DNA of 64,000 nucleotides, taken from NCBI GenBank assembly GCA_026392035.1, contig JAPLCX010000083.1:4597-68596 (forward strand), given 5' to 3'. The first letter of the stretch is position 1. Every line of letters starts with the position of its first letter. Under the pieces are notes generated by a model, which made no database searches, was not told the DNA's origin, and was given only the letters and a program-made list of their open reading frames with translations. Of this stretch, positions 38,374-49,438 are shown piece by piece. This DNA comes from Candidatus Auribacterota bacterium (GTDB lineage: Bacteria > Auribacterota > Tritonobacteria > UBA1439). Both the position numbers and the translations under genes were made by a program.

Positions 38374-39843
38374 ATGAGATTCATGAGTTATCTATCATCG
38401 GTTTATTCACATAACAAAATCATATACCTCTCTCCGGTATTCTTGATAGGCATAATTTTTGCCATACTCAATAAGCCACTTTTGCTCAAAGAGCCTCCGG
38501 TATGGCCCGACGATTCCCTCTTCGCAAGCCCTGCGTATATCCTCGCCACCCATGGGTATCTGGGATCAGAGCTCTACTATGGAATTGTGCCCGGCCTGGA
38601 GCGCTACACCTATTCCAATCCCCCCCTCTATTTCCTTTTCCTGGCCGGGATCATAAAATTATTTGGCATGAACATCCTGGTCCTGCGTTGGACCTCTGTC
38701 GCCTTGGGGATGTCGCTTTTTGTCCTGCTTTTCTTCCTTGCAAAAGCGGTGGCCCGAACCGGATGGGTCGGCATCCTCGCCTGCACCCTTCTTGCCATCG
38801 ATCCGGAGTTCCTGCGAGGATGCCGTATCGCCCGCCCCGATATCTTGTGCGTGGTGCTGATAACCGCGGCATCGTACTTCTATGCGCGATGCATAAACTG
38901 TCCGGCACATAAAGTGAACCTCACTATGACAGGCCTCTGCATGGGGCTGGCGGTGCTCACCCATCCTCTGGGACTCATTGCCGTCATATCCATTTGCATC
39001 CATTATTTCATAAACGTCGCGCGCGGCAAAGCCAGGTTAAGCGGCACTGTCTATCTGCTCATCCCTTTTCTGCTATTGATTGCCCTCTGGGGGATATATA
39101 TCGCACAGCACTATACATACTTTGAGAAGCAGATGCTTGGCCAATTCGGCCGTAAAATGGGTGTCAGATACTGGCTGTGGTCGCTTTGGGGGCAGAGCGG
39201 ACGCCGGGTCTCATTGCTAATATATATCGCGGCAACGCTTGGCATATTTACAATATCATTAAGGGGAAAAGATAACTCCCTCTTCTTTCTCTCACTATTA
39301 TGCTCCACGGCATTAATCATGGCGCTCAGCGGCAGAGAGATGTGGTACTCGATTTACTATGCGCCCTTTTGCGCATTCGCGGTGGCATTATGTGCAGGCC
39401 GGCTATGGAGAATACGCGCGCCGGTGCCATGCATCGCTCTGTTCTTTATCGGATTCCTCATATACAATAATGCGGCTGATTACCGATGGACCTATATCGC
39501 CACGATGCGCTATGACTACTCCGGCATCTGCGAGGATATAGAGAAGGAACTGCGCCCACATTCAACCATTTTCCTGCACTGTGTTCCCGACCCTTATTTC
39601 TGCCTGATAAATAGCCCTAAGAGCCTCACTATCCGGGAATTTCATCCTACCGCCCCCCTTGCTGACTTAAAGGCAGCCATCGCGCGTTCGGACTATCTGA
39701 TCATCAGTCCGGGCGATACGTACCTGGTCAAGGACATGCCGCCGTGGCGCATCAAGCGTATTGTGCGCATCGGCGCCCATCAACCGGGGCAATATCAGTT
39801 GCTCTTAGTAGAATTTAGAAATATCCGGCGGGAGGAAGAATAA
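38374..39843 (+). CDS. GT39 (ArnT/PMT-like) polytopic membrane glycosyltransferase
   Basis: 489 aa, the only plus-strand gene of the block; ArnT-like N-terminal loop and about 11 TM helices. Confidence 0.65.
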   Translation: MRFMSYLSSVYSHNKIIYLSPVFLIGIIFAILNKPLLLKEPPVWPDDSLFASPAYILATHGYLGSELYYGIVPGLERYTYSNPPLYFLFLAGIIKLFGMNILVLRWTSVALGMSLFVLLFFLAKAVARTGWVGILACTLLAIDPEFLRGCRIARPDILCVVLITAASYFYARCINCPAHKVNLTMTGLCMGLAVLTHPLGLIAVISICIHYFINVARGKARLSGTVYLLIPFLLLIALWGIYIAQHYTYFEKQMLGQFGRKMGVRYWLWSLWGQSGRRVSLLIYIAATLGIFTISLRGKDNSLFFLSLLCSTALIMALSGREMWYSIYYAPFCAFAVALCAGRLWRIRAPVPCIALFFIGFLIYNNAADYRWTYIATMRYDYSGICEDIEKELRPHSTIFLHCVPDPYFCLINSPKSLTIREFHPTAPLADLKAAIARSDYLIISPGDTYLVKDMPPWRIKRIVRIGAHQPGQYQLLLVEFRNIRREEE

Positions 39844-39852
39844 GGGTTTCTT

Positions 39853-41553
39853 TCAATCAGGTATTGGGTTGCCCTTTCGGACAAAATCAGCTTCTTTCAA
39901 CACAAGTTGATCATTCTTGTATACCACTTTTACGCTCCGGGGATCAATCCGGATAAAGCTCTCATCTGACACATACACAAACGGAATGTGCACCGCACCT
40001 ATAAAAAGTAGCTTGTCCATCTGTCCGCTGCTGGCGAGACCCATGATTTGCTGAGGGCTTTTGAGTTGCCTCATTCGATAATTTTTAGAATATAGCCTGA
40101 AGTACTTATCAATGATATCTGGCGCCCGGGGTTGCGACAACGATAGCGGCAACACGTATGTTTTAGCATCAAAATAATGATCCAGATTCACCGCCAAATT
40201 GTAAATATCCTTATGACTGAATAGCATAAAGCAGAAAGGCGGCCATCTCCATTTCTTGGAGCTTTTTTCGGCCTGCAGGTGACCTGTCGTTACATCAATC
40301 AGAAGACGGGTATTATTAATATTGGCCCACACCAATACCGAGAAGACAGCTATTGCCCCTGCAAGATAAGCCCTCTTCAATAGCGGATAACATCTCCGAA
40401 TATGATTCAGGAGCAGTTCATCGCTGCACATACCTATAGTAAGAAACATCGGGATCAATATCGAGTCCCACCTCTCGTATACCCATGAGTCATATACCGA
40501 TGAATGCAGGAAGTGGAGAAGAAAGAAGAAGAAAAGGATTCGACTCGCCCTTTGTGTTCTTGTTTTGAATAATGCGATCAAGTATAGCAGGAAAAAGGAA
40601 CCTATCACTACGTGGCCGAGAATATCATGGTCCATAATATTCAAAAGAAACAGCTCAACTTCCGCATACAGAGACGATTTTATGCCCTGATACACAAAAT
40701 CCACCTGCACAGAGAAAGGCTGGCTCCCCTGGATGAAAAAGAAACGCCCAGGCACACGGTGAAAAACCCAGAAGTCCGTCTTTGAACCAATCGGCTCAGC
40801 GCTGCTCTGATACCAGTAAATACAATACAGACTTCCCATACACAGCACAATGCTCAGTATTATGTGAGCCATCGCCTTCAGCCTTGTTTTCCGTGAGAAG
40901 TCCTTTAGGAAAAGCGGTGTCAGAATAAGCGGCGATGTAACGATACTCTTCATGTGTATTGCCAAACCAAGCGAAACAGAGACACCGATGAGCCATGCGG
41001 CCTTATAAGTATGATGTCTGGCCCAATCGCCGCCCAGAGCGCCCGCAAAAAACAAAAGGGCCATTATAAAAAGCAGATCGCACAGTGTTGCAATAACGTT
41101 ATCGTCACAGGTGGTGATAAGCCAGCATGGCCCAAACGTCAGAAATGGAATAAGACTGATGACCAGGCCGATCCAAAAGTTATTAATCAACTTGCGACAG
41201 ATATAATAAAGCAGGCCGAATGTGCCAAGGGCGGAGAGATACGAGATAATTTTGAACCCCATCAAAAAATCCCATCCGTTCCACAGCGAATATGCGCCCG
41301 TCACCAAATACACCAAGGGGAAAAACAGCAGATGGAACTTGGAAAACCAACCCGTCACCCCAAAGGTCTTGAAAAAAGTCAGTGTATCCTTCTTCCCATC
41401 GAGATCCATGACATAATTCAACGTGTCACTGTCAATGCATAGGTTGCCAAATATCCGCGAGTAATAAAAAATCGCCAGTCCGGAAACAGCAAGTAGGAAT
41501 AGAAAAAGATGAAGATATTTACTGAAATCTTTATTCATACATGCATCCCACAT
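39853..41553 (-). CDS. polytopic membrane protein, putative GT-C glycosyltransferase (AT-rich, likely acquired)
   Basis: 566 aa, many TM helices plus a C-terminal soluble domain; strongly AT-biased codon usage unlike its neighbours. Confidence 0.45.
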   Translation of the reverse strand: MWDACMNKDFSKYLHLFLFLLAVSGLAIFYYSRIFGNLCIDSDTLNYVMDLDGKKDTLTFFKTFGVTGWFSKFHLLFFPLVYLVTGAYSLWNGWDFLMGFKIISYLSALGTFGLLYYICRKLINNFWIGLVISLIPFLTFGPCWLITTCDDNVIATLCDLLFIMALLFFAGALGGDWARHHTYKAAWLIGVSVSLGLAIHMKSIVTSPLILTPLFLKDFSRKTRLKAMAHIILSIVLCMGSLYCIYWYQSSAEPIGSKTDFWVFHRVPGRFFFIQGSQPFSVQVDFVYQGIKSSLYAEVELFLLNIMDHDILGHVVIGSFFLLYLIALFKTRTQRASRILFFFFLLHFLHSSVYDSWVYERWDSILIPMFLTIGMCSDELLLNHIRRCYPLLKRAYLAGAIAVFSVLVWANINNTRLLIDVTTGHLQAEKSSKKWRWPPFCFMLFSHKDIYNLAVNLDHYFDAKTYVLPLSLSQPRAPDIIDKYFRLYSKNYRMRQLKSPQQIMGLASSGQMDKLLFIGAVHIPFVYVSDESFIRIDPRSVKVVYKNDQLVLKEADFVRKGNPIPD

Positions 41554-43260
41554 TTAATGTCTTGCCTTGCACCATAGGATAAGAATAGCAAATCCTCCCA
41601 ACATTGACACTACCACCCCCGTATAATAAAGTGGTGGTCTATAATACAAGGATACTTCCGCGTCAGAAGGGGCGATAGGCACCGAAAGGAGCCCATTCTT
41701 TGAAATTGCCTGCTTCCCTCCTTCCGTGCGCCAGCCTGGATCGTAACGCTGATTTATCATAAGCAAATCCCGCGCGGTACATCGAACTCTGTAGCACAGC
41801 CTGTTCGGGCTCCACATAACAGTTTCTACAGAACCGCTCCCATGAGCAAGCCAGACCTCGCCCCGGTAGCCTGGTTCATCGAAGGCATTCACGCCCACCA
41901 GCGGCAGATCGAATCCGTCGTAATTATTAATCAAGCCTTCGTTCTGAAGAAAACAGAGGAACGAGCGAGGTCCCTGCTGCTCTTCTTTAGGAAGTCGCAC
42001 CTGGTGGAAGGGACCTGACCTTTTTGGCTCAAGCGGAGCACTGGTGGAGACGCTGGTGTAGATTGGGGCTGACACCACCATGAGGTCCGTCACCACAGCC
42101 ACAGTAGCTATCCCTAATGCCATGGTGAGCGCCCATGGCCATTCTCCGTGAAGCACGCGCACCAATTCCTCCAATCGCGAAACGGTCATCGCGCTCATCA
42201 GCGCGAGACAGAATATCAATATCACCCGGAACCTAACCGGATCATGAAGGGATGTGAACATGGGGAGCAGATGTATCCAGTGCCATGGTGACATCATTCC
42301 GTAATCACCAAACATGAGGCAGAAGAATAGCAGTGCCATAATCCCCATGGGGAGCGCTCTTTTACGCGCAAGAAAAGGCGCGCTCACGGCGAGGAGCATC
42401 GGGAGCACCCCGACGTAGGCTCCATATTCCCACCATCCGAGCCAGGCACCCGTAAAGTTGGTCTCACTTATCTGGTCGCGCCCGAGAAACATGCGTGGTA
42501 GCGCCAACCAAGAAAGCACCGGCTCTCTCCAAAACGTCGGCCGAGGATTCCTTGAGAGAAATTCCGTCATCGGGACTAGCTTCACTCCGCTCAGTGCCAG
42601 GCCGAGTATCACCGTGATGAGAAAGACTCCAATCGGTAAAAGACGCTTTCTCATAACAGCCTCGATCAGCGCGTATAGCGAAAGGAAGAGAAGCGCGTAC
42701 GGCACCGGATATATCCCGCCTTCGAAAATCATGAGCGCAAGCACCAGACCTCCTCCCGCGCACCAGCGCATATTCTCCAGCGCCTTTTCATAAAAAAGGA
42801 TCAGCCATGGAAGATATGCAAAGGGAATAAATTCGTCATGCCAGTGCGACATATAGAGCGGGTACCAGCTGCTGAACATGTACACGAAGGCACATAGAAA
42901 AGGTGCGAATCGCCCTGGCGTAAAACGCCTTCCGAGCAGATATCCCCCGCAGAGCCCTACCCAGAGAACCAAGAGAATGCGCAGCTTCGACCCTACCACC
43001 GGTCCAAAGGCCACGGTGAGTATAAAGGCGGGAGAAAAAAATGAGGAAATGGGATACGCGAAAAATGGCACTCCTCCCGATGCCCATGGATTCCAGAAGG
43101 GGAACTGGTGATACCTCAAGAGAGTGAGCCGCGGCACGCCGGCAAGGAGAAAGGCCCGGTGCCACACGTCTATACCCCACCCCCCCAGCTGGAAGGCGAC
43201 GGGAAGCCACATCACAACTGAGAGTGCCAGAAGCAGCTTTACCGCTGCCGACGTTTTCAT
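41554..43260 (-). CDS. YfhO-like polytopic membrane protein (GT-C)
   Basis: QFPFWNPWASGGVP motif typical of the YfhO family; ORF reaches 43368, start likely Met-37. Confidence 0.55.
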   Translation of the reverse strand: MKTSAAVKLLLALSVVMWLPVAFQLGGWGIDVWHRAFLLAGVPRLTLLRYHQFPFWNPWASGGVPFFAYPISSFFSPAFILTVAFGPVVGSKLRILLVLWVGLCGGYLLGRRFTPGRFAPFLCAFVYMFSSWYPLYMSHWHDEFIPFAYLPWLILFYEKALENMRWCAGGGLVLALMIFEGGIYPVPYALLFLSLYALIEAVMRKRLLPIGVFLITVILGLALSGVKLVPMTEFLSRNPRPTFWREPVLSWLALPRMFLGRDQISETNFTGAWLGWWEYGAYVGVLPMLLAVSAPFLARKRALPMGIMALLFFCLMFGDYGMMSPWHWIHLLPMFTSLHDPVRFRVILIFCLALMSAMTVSRLEELVRVLHGEWPWALTMALGIATVAVVTDLMVVSAPIYTSVSTSAPLEPKRSGPFHQVRLPKEEQQGPRSFLCFLQNEGLINNYDGFDLPLVGVNAFDEPGYRGEVWLAHGSGSVETVMWSPNRLCYRVRCTARDLLMINQRYDPGWRTEGGKQAISKNGLLSVPIAPSDAEVSLYYRPPLYYTGVVVSMLGGFAILILWCKARH

Positions 43261-43301
43261 AACTGGTTCACCACTACCGTTATCCCCTCCAGTCCCTCGT
43301 A

Positions 43302-45278
43302 TCAGGGAGTCAGCCCTGGACTCACGTGCGACGCCGCCTCCCTGTCTCTTTGCGCAGCGGCGGAGCACCCCATCCTATCGAGGAGGGCGGCGCGTCCGAG
43401 CAGGAGTTCTCTCTGTTGAGGAGAAGAATCGATCACGTTTGAAACATCCACAATGCGCGCGAGCAGCGCTGCTCGTGCCTTTATTTCCTGCTCCTCTGGC
43501 CTCACCGCGAGCGCGCGGAGATGAATCTCGAGCGATTTCCGATACTCACCTCTCTCAATGAGAATCGCCGTGAGGTCGTTGAGCACGAGCGGATTCAAGG
43601 GATCCATTTGAAGGGACTTCTCAAAATAGGGGATCGCCGCCTCCCTGTCACCCGAATAGTCATAGCTGTGCCCGATCACCGCGTACCTGTAGGCGCTCTC
43701 CGGTGTCTCATAGAATATGAAGAGAAGAATCATTGCACATGTGATCAGAATACAGAGCCACAGAAAACACATGTCCAGCGATGTCAAAGGAGATCGTGCT
43801 CCCACTGTTCCCATTCTTTTCCCCGTGGCTAGGAACAAGGCGATACCTCCGCCAATGAGTGTGACCAACACCACGAGGCTCGCCCCGCGAGGACATCCCA
43901 GGAGTGTGAGCCAGTTCGGCCGCACATTACCCCTCAGGAAGGATGGCAATAAAAATTCCCTCACTGGATTATGCAGGTGCTCATGGGCAGATGCCCCCGC
44001 CGCGGTGCCAATAAAATTAAAGATTACCGAATAAATAACGAGAACGCTGAGCATCCAGCCGTACCCCTTGGGCTGCCGCGCCATGAGGGACGCGATCGGT
44101 ACTATAAAAAACGGAATCACAGGGACTAAAAACCTCGGACCGTAACCCGCGCCGCCCGCCCACGCAGTGTACGAAGAGTTGAAGATGGCATAGCCGAGAA
44201 CAGTGATAAGGCATAGCCAAAAAAGTCTCCCCCTGCCCAGGCCGACGACACTCTCCACCGCATCGTTATCTGTACTCCTTTTTGCGAGCGAATACAGCCC
44301 TGGCACTATCAGCAGCAAAAACGGCGAGACAAAAAATATGCCGCGAAAAGGGCTCACCATCAACATCAGGAACGGGATGAGTTCCGGCATTCTCACGCCG
44401 AAAAGACCCTGTGACTGAACCTCCCTCGCGATCGGCATCGCCTCGTGGGCATAGGGGAAACTGAGCATGTCACCAAAGCAGGCGTAGTTATACAAGAGGA
44501 TTAAAAAAACACCGGGGATGCACCCGAGGGCAAAAATGATGGTATCTCCGATCCGCCGGAAAGAGAATGCAGTGAAGATGAATATCACGCACAGAATGAG
44601 CATCACCTGGTAGTCAGCCGCGACCGCGAGCCCGCCGAGCACTCCCGCCACCAGAAGCGACGAGCGGGCGAAACGGCCCCTCGACTCCGCTCGGGACAAG
44701 CTCGTCGGCGAAATGGCGGAAGCCAAGACTCTTCTCCATTTTAGCAATACTATAAAACAGCCGAATAACAGTACGGCAGCGAGCTGGTGTCCCACAAACT
44801 GAGTGCTGTATGGGAAGGCCATGGTCCCCAGGCTGTAGGCGACGACGAGCAGATCGGCATAATATTCAGATCGCACGAAACGGTTGAGAACATCGTGCAG
44901 GAGAAGGGCCAGGAGCACGCTCGGCAGGGCGATCACGCACACCTGAACCAGGTAGAGATAAACCCAGTCGGGAATGGCGAAATACCTTCCGACTGTTTCC
45001 CATGCCAACCAGTACACAGGAACGGCGAGGAACGATGTCGCGGGAGCCTTCCCGCTGTAGTAATGGCCCTGATAAAACGCGGCGTCTATTCCGCCGAGGT
45101 AATATTTCTCTATGGAAAAGCTCCGATCGAGCGCGAGGCTTTTGGCGAGATAGAACCTGACGCTGGTGTTCGTACCGAAATTTTCCGGGGACGGCGGCGG
45201 CACGAAAAAGGTGTAGGCAATCAGAATGGTGCACGTCAGCGCCGCGCAGTGCAGCATGCGATTGGACCGCTTGGCCAT
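43302..45278 (-). CDS. GT39-like membrane glycosyltransferase with C-terminal TPR repeats (TMTC-like architecture)
   Basis: About 500-aa polytopic N-domain then TPR repeats (YRYAVIGHSYDYSGDREAAIPYFEKSLQMDP...). Confidence 0.65.
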   Translation of the reverse strand: MAKRSNRMLHCAALTCTILIAYTFFVPPPSPENFGTNTSVRFYLAKSLALDRSFSIEKYYLGGIDAAFYQGHYYSGKAPATSFLAVPVYWLAWETVGRYFAIPDWVYLYLVQVCVIALPSVLLALLLHDVLNRFVRSEYYADLLVVAYSLGTMAFPYSTQFVGHQLAAVLLFGCFIVLLKWRRVLASAISPTSLSRAESRGRFARSSLLVAGVLGGLAVAADYQVMLILCVIFIFTAFSFRRIGDTIIFALGCIPGVFLILLYNYACFGDMLSFPYAHEAMPIAREVQSQGLFGVRMPELIPFLMLMVSPFRGIFFVSPFLLLIVPGLYSLAKRSTDNDAVESVVGLGRGRLFWLCLITVLGYAIFNSSYTAWAGGAGYGPRFLVPVIPFFIVPIASLMARQPKGYGWMLSVLVIYSVIFNFIGTAAGASAHEHLHNPVREFLLPSFLRGNVRPNWLTLLGCPRGASLVVLVTLIGGGIALFLATGKRMGTVGARSPLTSLDMCFLWLCILITCAMILLFIFYETPESAYRYAVIGHSYDYSGDREAAIPYFEKSLQMDPLNPLVLNDLTAILIERGEYRKSLEIHLRALAVRPEEQEIKARAALLARIVDVSNVIDSSPQQRELLLGRAALLDRMGCSAAAQRDREAASHVSPGLTP

Positions 45279-45316
45279 AATTCCCCTTATCCTCTCGGGA
45301 GAAAGAATGACACCCG

Positions 45317-47296
45317 CTAGCGTTCTCCTTTTCCCATCTTCAGTCGCCCGCCTACTACCGCGAAAAAGACTATTATATATAACAAGATTATGGTGAAGAT
45401 ATTGATGTATGAGGCACCCTTAAACTGGAAGTTCTTCGGCCTTATGGAAAGCCATACGCTGTCGAGCCATCCTGTGCGCTGGCCAAGCTCGACGCCATAA
45501 TCGACCCCGTCAATGCGGCATCTGGTCACTTTGACCTTCCCGTCAAGCATGTGGCCGTACGGGTCCCAATCCCTCCCCTGTCCGATCAGGCGCGCCGTGA
45601 TGGTATTGATCCCCCGTATCGAACAGAGATAATTTATGATGGTCACCTTGAATCCACTCTCCCGTAATGCCTCATAGGTGAGGGGGTATGAGATCCCCCA
45701 CCAGAAGCTGTAGAGTTTATTCCCGTCACCCCGATAGGGGCCCAGGGTGTGATTCGCGAGTCGGATCAAAAAGTAGGAATCCCCTGACACACGAACTGCG
45801 TCACCCGGCCTCATGCCGGTGAATTGCAACTCATATTCCCCTCTGCCTCCATACCAATTCAGGGTAGATGGAGGTTCAAGCATGGTGTTGCAATTTACCG
45901 CCTCCGGGAATCCATTGTCAGGATAGGAGAAGGGATTCCCTGCGAAACGCATGCTGAAGAACGACAGCCCCCAGAGTAAAAGGAGCGCTCCGCAGAAAAG
46001 GCGTCTGAATGTCAGGCTGATTTCCCTTGAAAGGGCTCCGGCATTCTGCCTCCCACCTTGTGCTGGCAGATATATCCACACGAAGAGGAAGGACGCAATG
46101 AGATAGAGATATCCCCAGACGTACAGGGAGATAGGTTCCTTGAGCCTATCCCAGAATACCAAGGCTCCGGGACTGATCGACATGAAATTCAACACCCTGA
46201 GGAGACAGTAGCTACCGTTCATTTCCTCGTCAAGAAGATAAAAGAAGACCAAAATAATCGCATAGGCAGCATTGGCGAAGATGAGCGCCCCTTTTCTTTT
46301 GGCCAGCACTGCAAATGGGATTACGAAAATGAAATATTGCGGGGCATTCTTCACAGAGAAAAGCAGGAGAAGAGCGAAGTAGAGCCCCATCGAACGAAAT
46401 AGTGTGATCTTGCGGAACAAAACGAGGAACCCTGCCACCAGAACAAGAACGATGGCAATCCATTGAAACGAAAAGTCCGCGCTCGTAAACAGCCGCCTGA
46501 CGAACCAGGCATATAGCCCCTCTCCCTGTGCCGCCATCGCGATACGGTTCAAACCGAAACGGCAGACGTAGCTATGACCGATGGCATCGGCGTACGTCTT
46601 CGCCCACCCTATTGTGCACAGCCAGGGAATTTCCGGGATTATAAAGAAAAGGGCGACGCTCATATAAAAAATGGCCTTATCCCTCGTACGACTGCTCCTG
46701 TCGAAGATAAACAGGGGGAGCAGGAGGAGCGGGAAGGCCTTGATGCTCACCGCGACAGCCCAGCTCATACCCGCCAGGATTTTCGAGGGTGCCCCTTTTG
46801 CATTATAGAGGGCCAGCCCGGTGATCATCAGGAATAGAACCGTCGCGTCTGATTGCACGTGGTAATGGATGGCGAACATGGCAACCGGATTAAAGGCAAG
46901 CATGATAAACCACCATGGGGAGGACCCGGTTCTGCGGTTGTGAAAAATTGTCACCACAATATACGAACAGGCAATCCAGCTGAGTGCGTGAATACACTTC
47001 GCACACGTCGTGAGAGGGATATCACATAGACATGACAGCAGATGGGGGATGGCGAGGACACTGAACGACGCGCTGAAATAGTGGCAGCGCCCGCTCGGCA
47101 TACCAAATGCATACTGGCTGTAATAGCTAAAAAAGTTGGCCCCATCGACACCGGTATAGTTATGGAATGCCATAACCGCGTGAACTACTATCGCACTCCA
47201 AACATACGGCGTCAAGGAAGCGCGCGCGTGTGCTACAGCCCGATTAGGATTCTCCGATAGCCCTTTCATAACACAGGGGATAAACGCACGACGCAC
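45317..47296 (-). CDS. GT-C membrane protein (DUF2029/GT87-like) with C-terminal extracytoplasmic domain
   Basis: 659 aa, about 12 TM helices and a roughly 200-aa C-terminal soluble region. Confidence 0.5.
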   Translation of the reverse strand: MRRAFIPCVMKGLSENPNRAVAHARASLTPYVWSAIVVHAVMAFHNYTGVDGANFFSYYSQYAFGMPSGRCHYFSASFSVLAIPHLLSCLCDIPLTTCAKCIHALSWIACSYIVVTIFHNRRTGSSPWWFIMLAFNPVAMFAIHYHVQSDATVLFLMITGLALYNAKGAPSKILAGMSWAVAVSIKAFPLLLLPLFIFDRSSRTRDKAIFYMSVALFFIIPEIPWLCTIGWAKTYADAIGHSYVCRFGLNRIAMAAQGEGLYAWFVRRLFTSADFSFQWIAIVLVLVAGFLVLFRKITLFRSMGLYFALLLLFSVKNAPQYFIFVIPFAVLAKRKGALIFANAAYAIILVFFYLLDEEMNGSYCLLRVLNFMSISPGALVFWDRLKEPISLYVWGYLYLIASFLFVWIYLPAQGGRQNAGALSREISLTFRRLFCGALLLLWGLSFFSMRFAGNPFSYPDNGFPEAVNCNTMLEPPSTLNWYGGRGEYELQFTGMRPGDAVRVSGDSYFLIRLANHTLGPYRGDGNKLYSFWWGISYPLTYEALRESGFKVTIINYLCSIRGINTITARLIGQGRDWDPYGHMLDGKVKVTRCRIDGVDYGVELGQRTGWLDSVWLSIRPKNFQFKGASYINIFTIILLYIIVFFAVVGGRLKMGKGER

Positions 47297-47568
47297 CTAT
47301 GAGTACCTATCCCTCCGACGGCACCTGAACAAGTATTTGCTCCCCCTCCTTCGAACATTCGCGCGGATTCCCCAGCGGATGAACTTTCGTCTTCCGCCCC
47401 ACATCCTTTCCGTTATCCACCACTATGACGTGGAATGATACTATAGTGCGCCTCTTCCTTCCATAATATACGCGGTTGCCATAAGTCCTGATAAATAAGA
47501 AGTGCCTACGCCATCTCGCGGCGCACCATGAGGCACTCGAGATTAAGACCATACCGCAACCACCATTA

Positions 47569-48336
47569 TCATTCTTCTGGCATGCCTTTCTTTTCGGCAA
47601 GCGCAATGAGACTGAGCCCGAATGGGAGTGTGCATCTCCGCAACAGAAACCGTTCTGCACCCATAATCCCCTCAAACATGCGATTAAAAGGTGGAGGGGG
47701 AAACCAGAAATCAGTTCTATAGCGCGCACCCTTCCGCAAGGGGAGGATGAGCTTTCTGAGCAGCCGAATAATAATCGCGGGGAGGCAGAGCAGTGAATTA
47801 TAATACGAGATGTAACTGATTTCGAATCCAGATTGTGCCAGTTCCTTTTGAAGGCGGGAGCGATTATAACGCCTCAGATGCCCGAAGGCGAGGTCATGCT
47901 CGCTGAAGATGCATTGACCTGCGGGCACGGTGACGAGCAGGAGAGTGCCTGCGGCCACAGATGAAGAGAGCGTGGCAAGAAAGCCCACAGTATCTTTCAG
48001 GTGCTCCAATAGGTCGAGGAGGAGCACCCCCTTGATATCACCCTCCATCCCGATGAGGCCATCAAGACCATCTCCAAGAAATACAGGACACCCTGTGCGC
48101 TTTCGTGCCACGTCGGCAGCGAATTCGGATATCTCTGTGCCGACCGCCCGGTAATACTTATTGAGCTGTACAAGGTTGCCGCCCGTGCCACACCCAACTT
48201 CCACAACGGTGAAGCCCTTCTGCGGGGGGATGTATCTCGTGAGGAGGTCAATGATAATCCTTCTCCTGGCCAGGAACCACCAGTGTGTATCCTCTATCTC
48301 ACGATGAAGTTCATATCGTGGCAGCGGCATCTCCCT
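47569..48336 (-). CDS. class I SAM-dependent methyltransferase
   Basis: VVEVGCGTGGNL motif I; ORF reaches 48516, start likely MREMPLPRYELHREIEDTHWWF. Confidence 0.7.
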   Translation of the reverse strand, partial: REMPLPRYELHREIEDTHWWFLARRRIIIDLLTRYIPPQKGFTVVEVGCGTGGNLVQLNKYYRAVGTEISEFAADVARKRTGCPVFLGDGLDGLIGMEGDIKGVLLLDLLEHLKDTVGFLATLSSSVAAGTLLLVTVPAGQCIFSEHDLAFGHLRRYNRSRLQKELAQSGFEISYISYYNSLLCLPAIIIRLLRKLILPLRKGARYRTDFWFPPPPFNRMFEGIMGAERFLLRRCTLPFGLSLIALAEKKGMPEE

Positions 48337-49438
48337 CATGGAATGGTCCCCCGATCTCCTCGGCGATGAGGCTATGGGGCCGACGTTTGACCTCGATGTA
48401 CACATGCCCCAGATAGCACCCGATGATGCTGATGTAAAGGGAGAGAAAGCCGCCAAGCCCGATGAGAAGGGTGGTATAGGTCGCCCACCCCGGTATAGCC
48501 CGACTGGTAAATGCACGGATGCACACGATCACCAGGATCGCGATCAGACTGAGCGCACAGCTTAAAACGCCTATACCGAGGCCAAATTGGAGTGGCGCGC
48601 TCGAAAAAGACGTGAGTGCCTCGATGGCCATCTGGACCAGAGTGAATAATGATTGCCTGGGAGTCGCATCGTAGCGCCTGTCTCGGGAATAATGTACCTC
48701 TGCCTGGGAAAATCCGACCCACGTCCGCAATCCGGGAATATAACGCACACGCTCCGGGAACTGTGCGATCACGTCGACGGCCCGTCGGTCGAGCAAGCAG
48801 AAAAGCCCTGACTGTGGAATCATCGGGGGAGACGCGAGTCGTGTGAAGAGCGAATAAAATGCTTTGAAAAGAAGGCCCTTGAGCACGCCCGCCCTTCGAT
48901 CTTCTTTGACAGTGTAAACGATCTTTGCTCCATCCCGCCATTTCTGATAGAGCGTTGGAATGAGCTCGGGGGGATCCTCGAGATCGCCGTCAATGATGAC
49001 CACCGCCCGTCCGCGCGCCTTTTGGAGAGCGGTGGTAACCGCCGCTTGGAGCCCGAAGTTTCGAGAGTGCCGGATGCCGCGGAGGTATGGCTTTTGTCGC
49101 GAAAGCCGCGTGATTTTCTCCCACGTCGCATCGCGGCTCCCGTCATCAACGATAATAATTTCAAATTCGCGGCTACAGCTTAAGGCAGCACGGGCGGCAC
49201 GCTCAACAAATGCCTCGACAACACATTCCTCACACCACATCGGCGCACAGATTGAGAGATCAATCGGAATGCGTTGAGCGTTGAGCGGCGTTTGGCAGAA
49301 CGGGCACACGCGAGCCACCGTGACACCCGCAGAGGCAAATACCTCCCTGCATTTATTGCACGTATACATTTTCATCATGCACCACACACCAATGCTAGCA
49401 CGGAGCGATCGTAACGGCAAGTACCTCTCTATCCCCAA
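48311..49438 (-). CDS. GT2 polyprenyl-phosphate sugar synthase-like glycosyltransferase with N-terminal zinc ribbon and C-terminal TM helices
   Basis: CNKCREV...CPFCQ zinc ribbon; GT-A core IIIVDDGSRD...VIIDGDLEDPPE (DXD); two C-terminal TM helices, as in ArnC/DPM1-like enzymes. Confidence 0.7.
   Translation of the reverse strand: MGIERYLPLRSLRASIGVWCMMKMYTCNKCREVFASAGVTVARVCPFCQTPLNAQRIPIDLSICAPMWCEECVVEAFVERAARAALSCSREFEIIIVDDGSRDATWEKITRLSRQKPYLRGIRHSRNFGLQAAVTTALQKARGRAVVIIDGDLEDPPELIPTLYQKWRDGAKIVYTVKEDRRAGVLKGLLFKAFYSLFTRLASPPMIPQSGLFCLLDRRAVDVIAQFPERVRYIPGLRTWVGFSQAEVHYSRDRRYDATPRQSLFTLVQMAIEALTSFSSAPLQFGLGIGVLSCALSLIAILVIVCIRAFTSRAIPGWATYTTLLIGLGGFLSLYISIIGCYLGHVYIEVKRRPHSLIAEEIGGPFHEGDAAATI

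Noticed and set aside
47307-47729. 140-aa minus-strand ORF between the DUF2029-like gene and the methyltransferase
   Set aside because: Its first third overlaps the methyltransferase CDS in another frame, there is no recognisable motif beyond a faint 'IVVDNGKD' GT2-like fragment and no clear start or RBS. It may be a GT2 remnant or noise.
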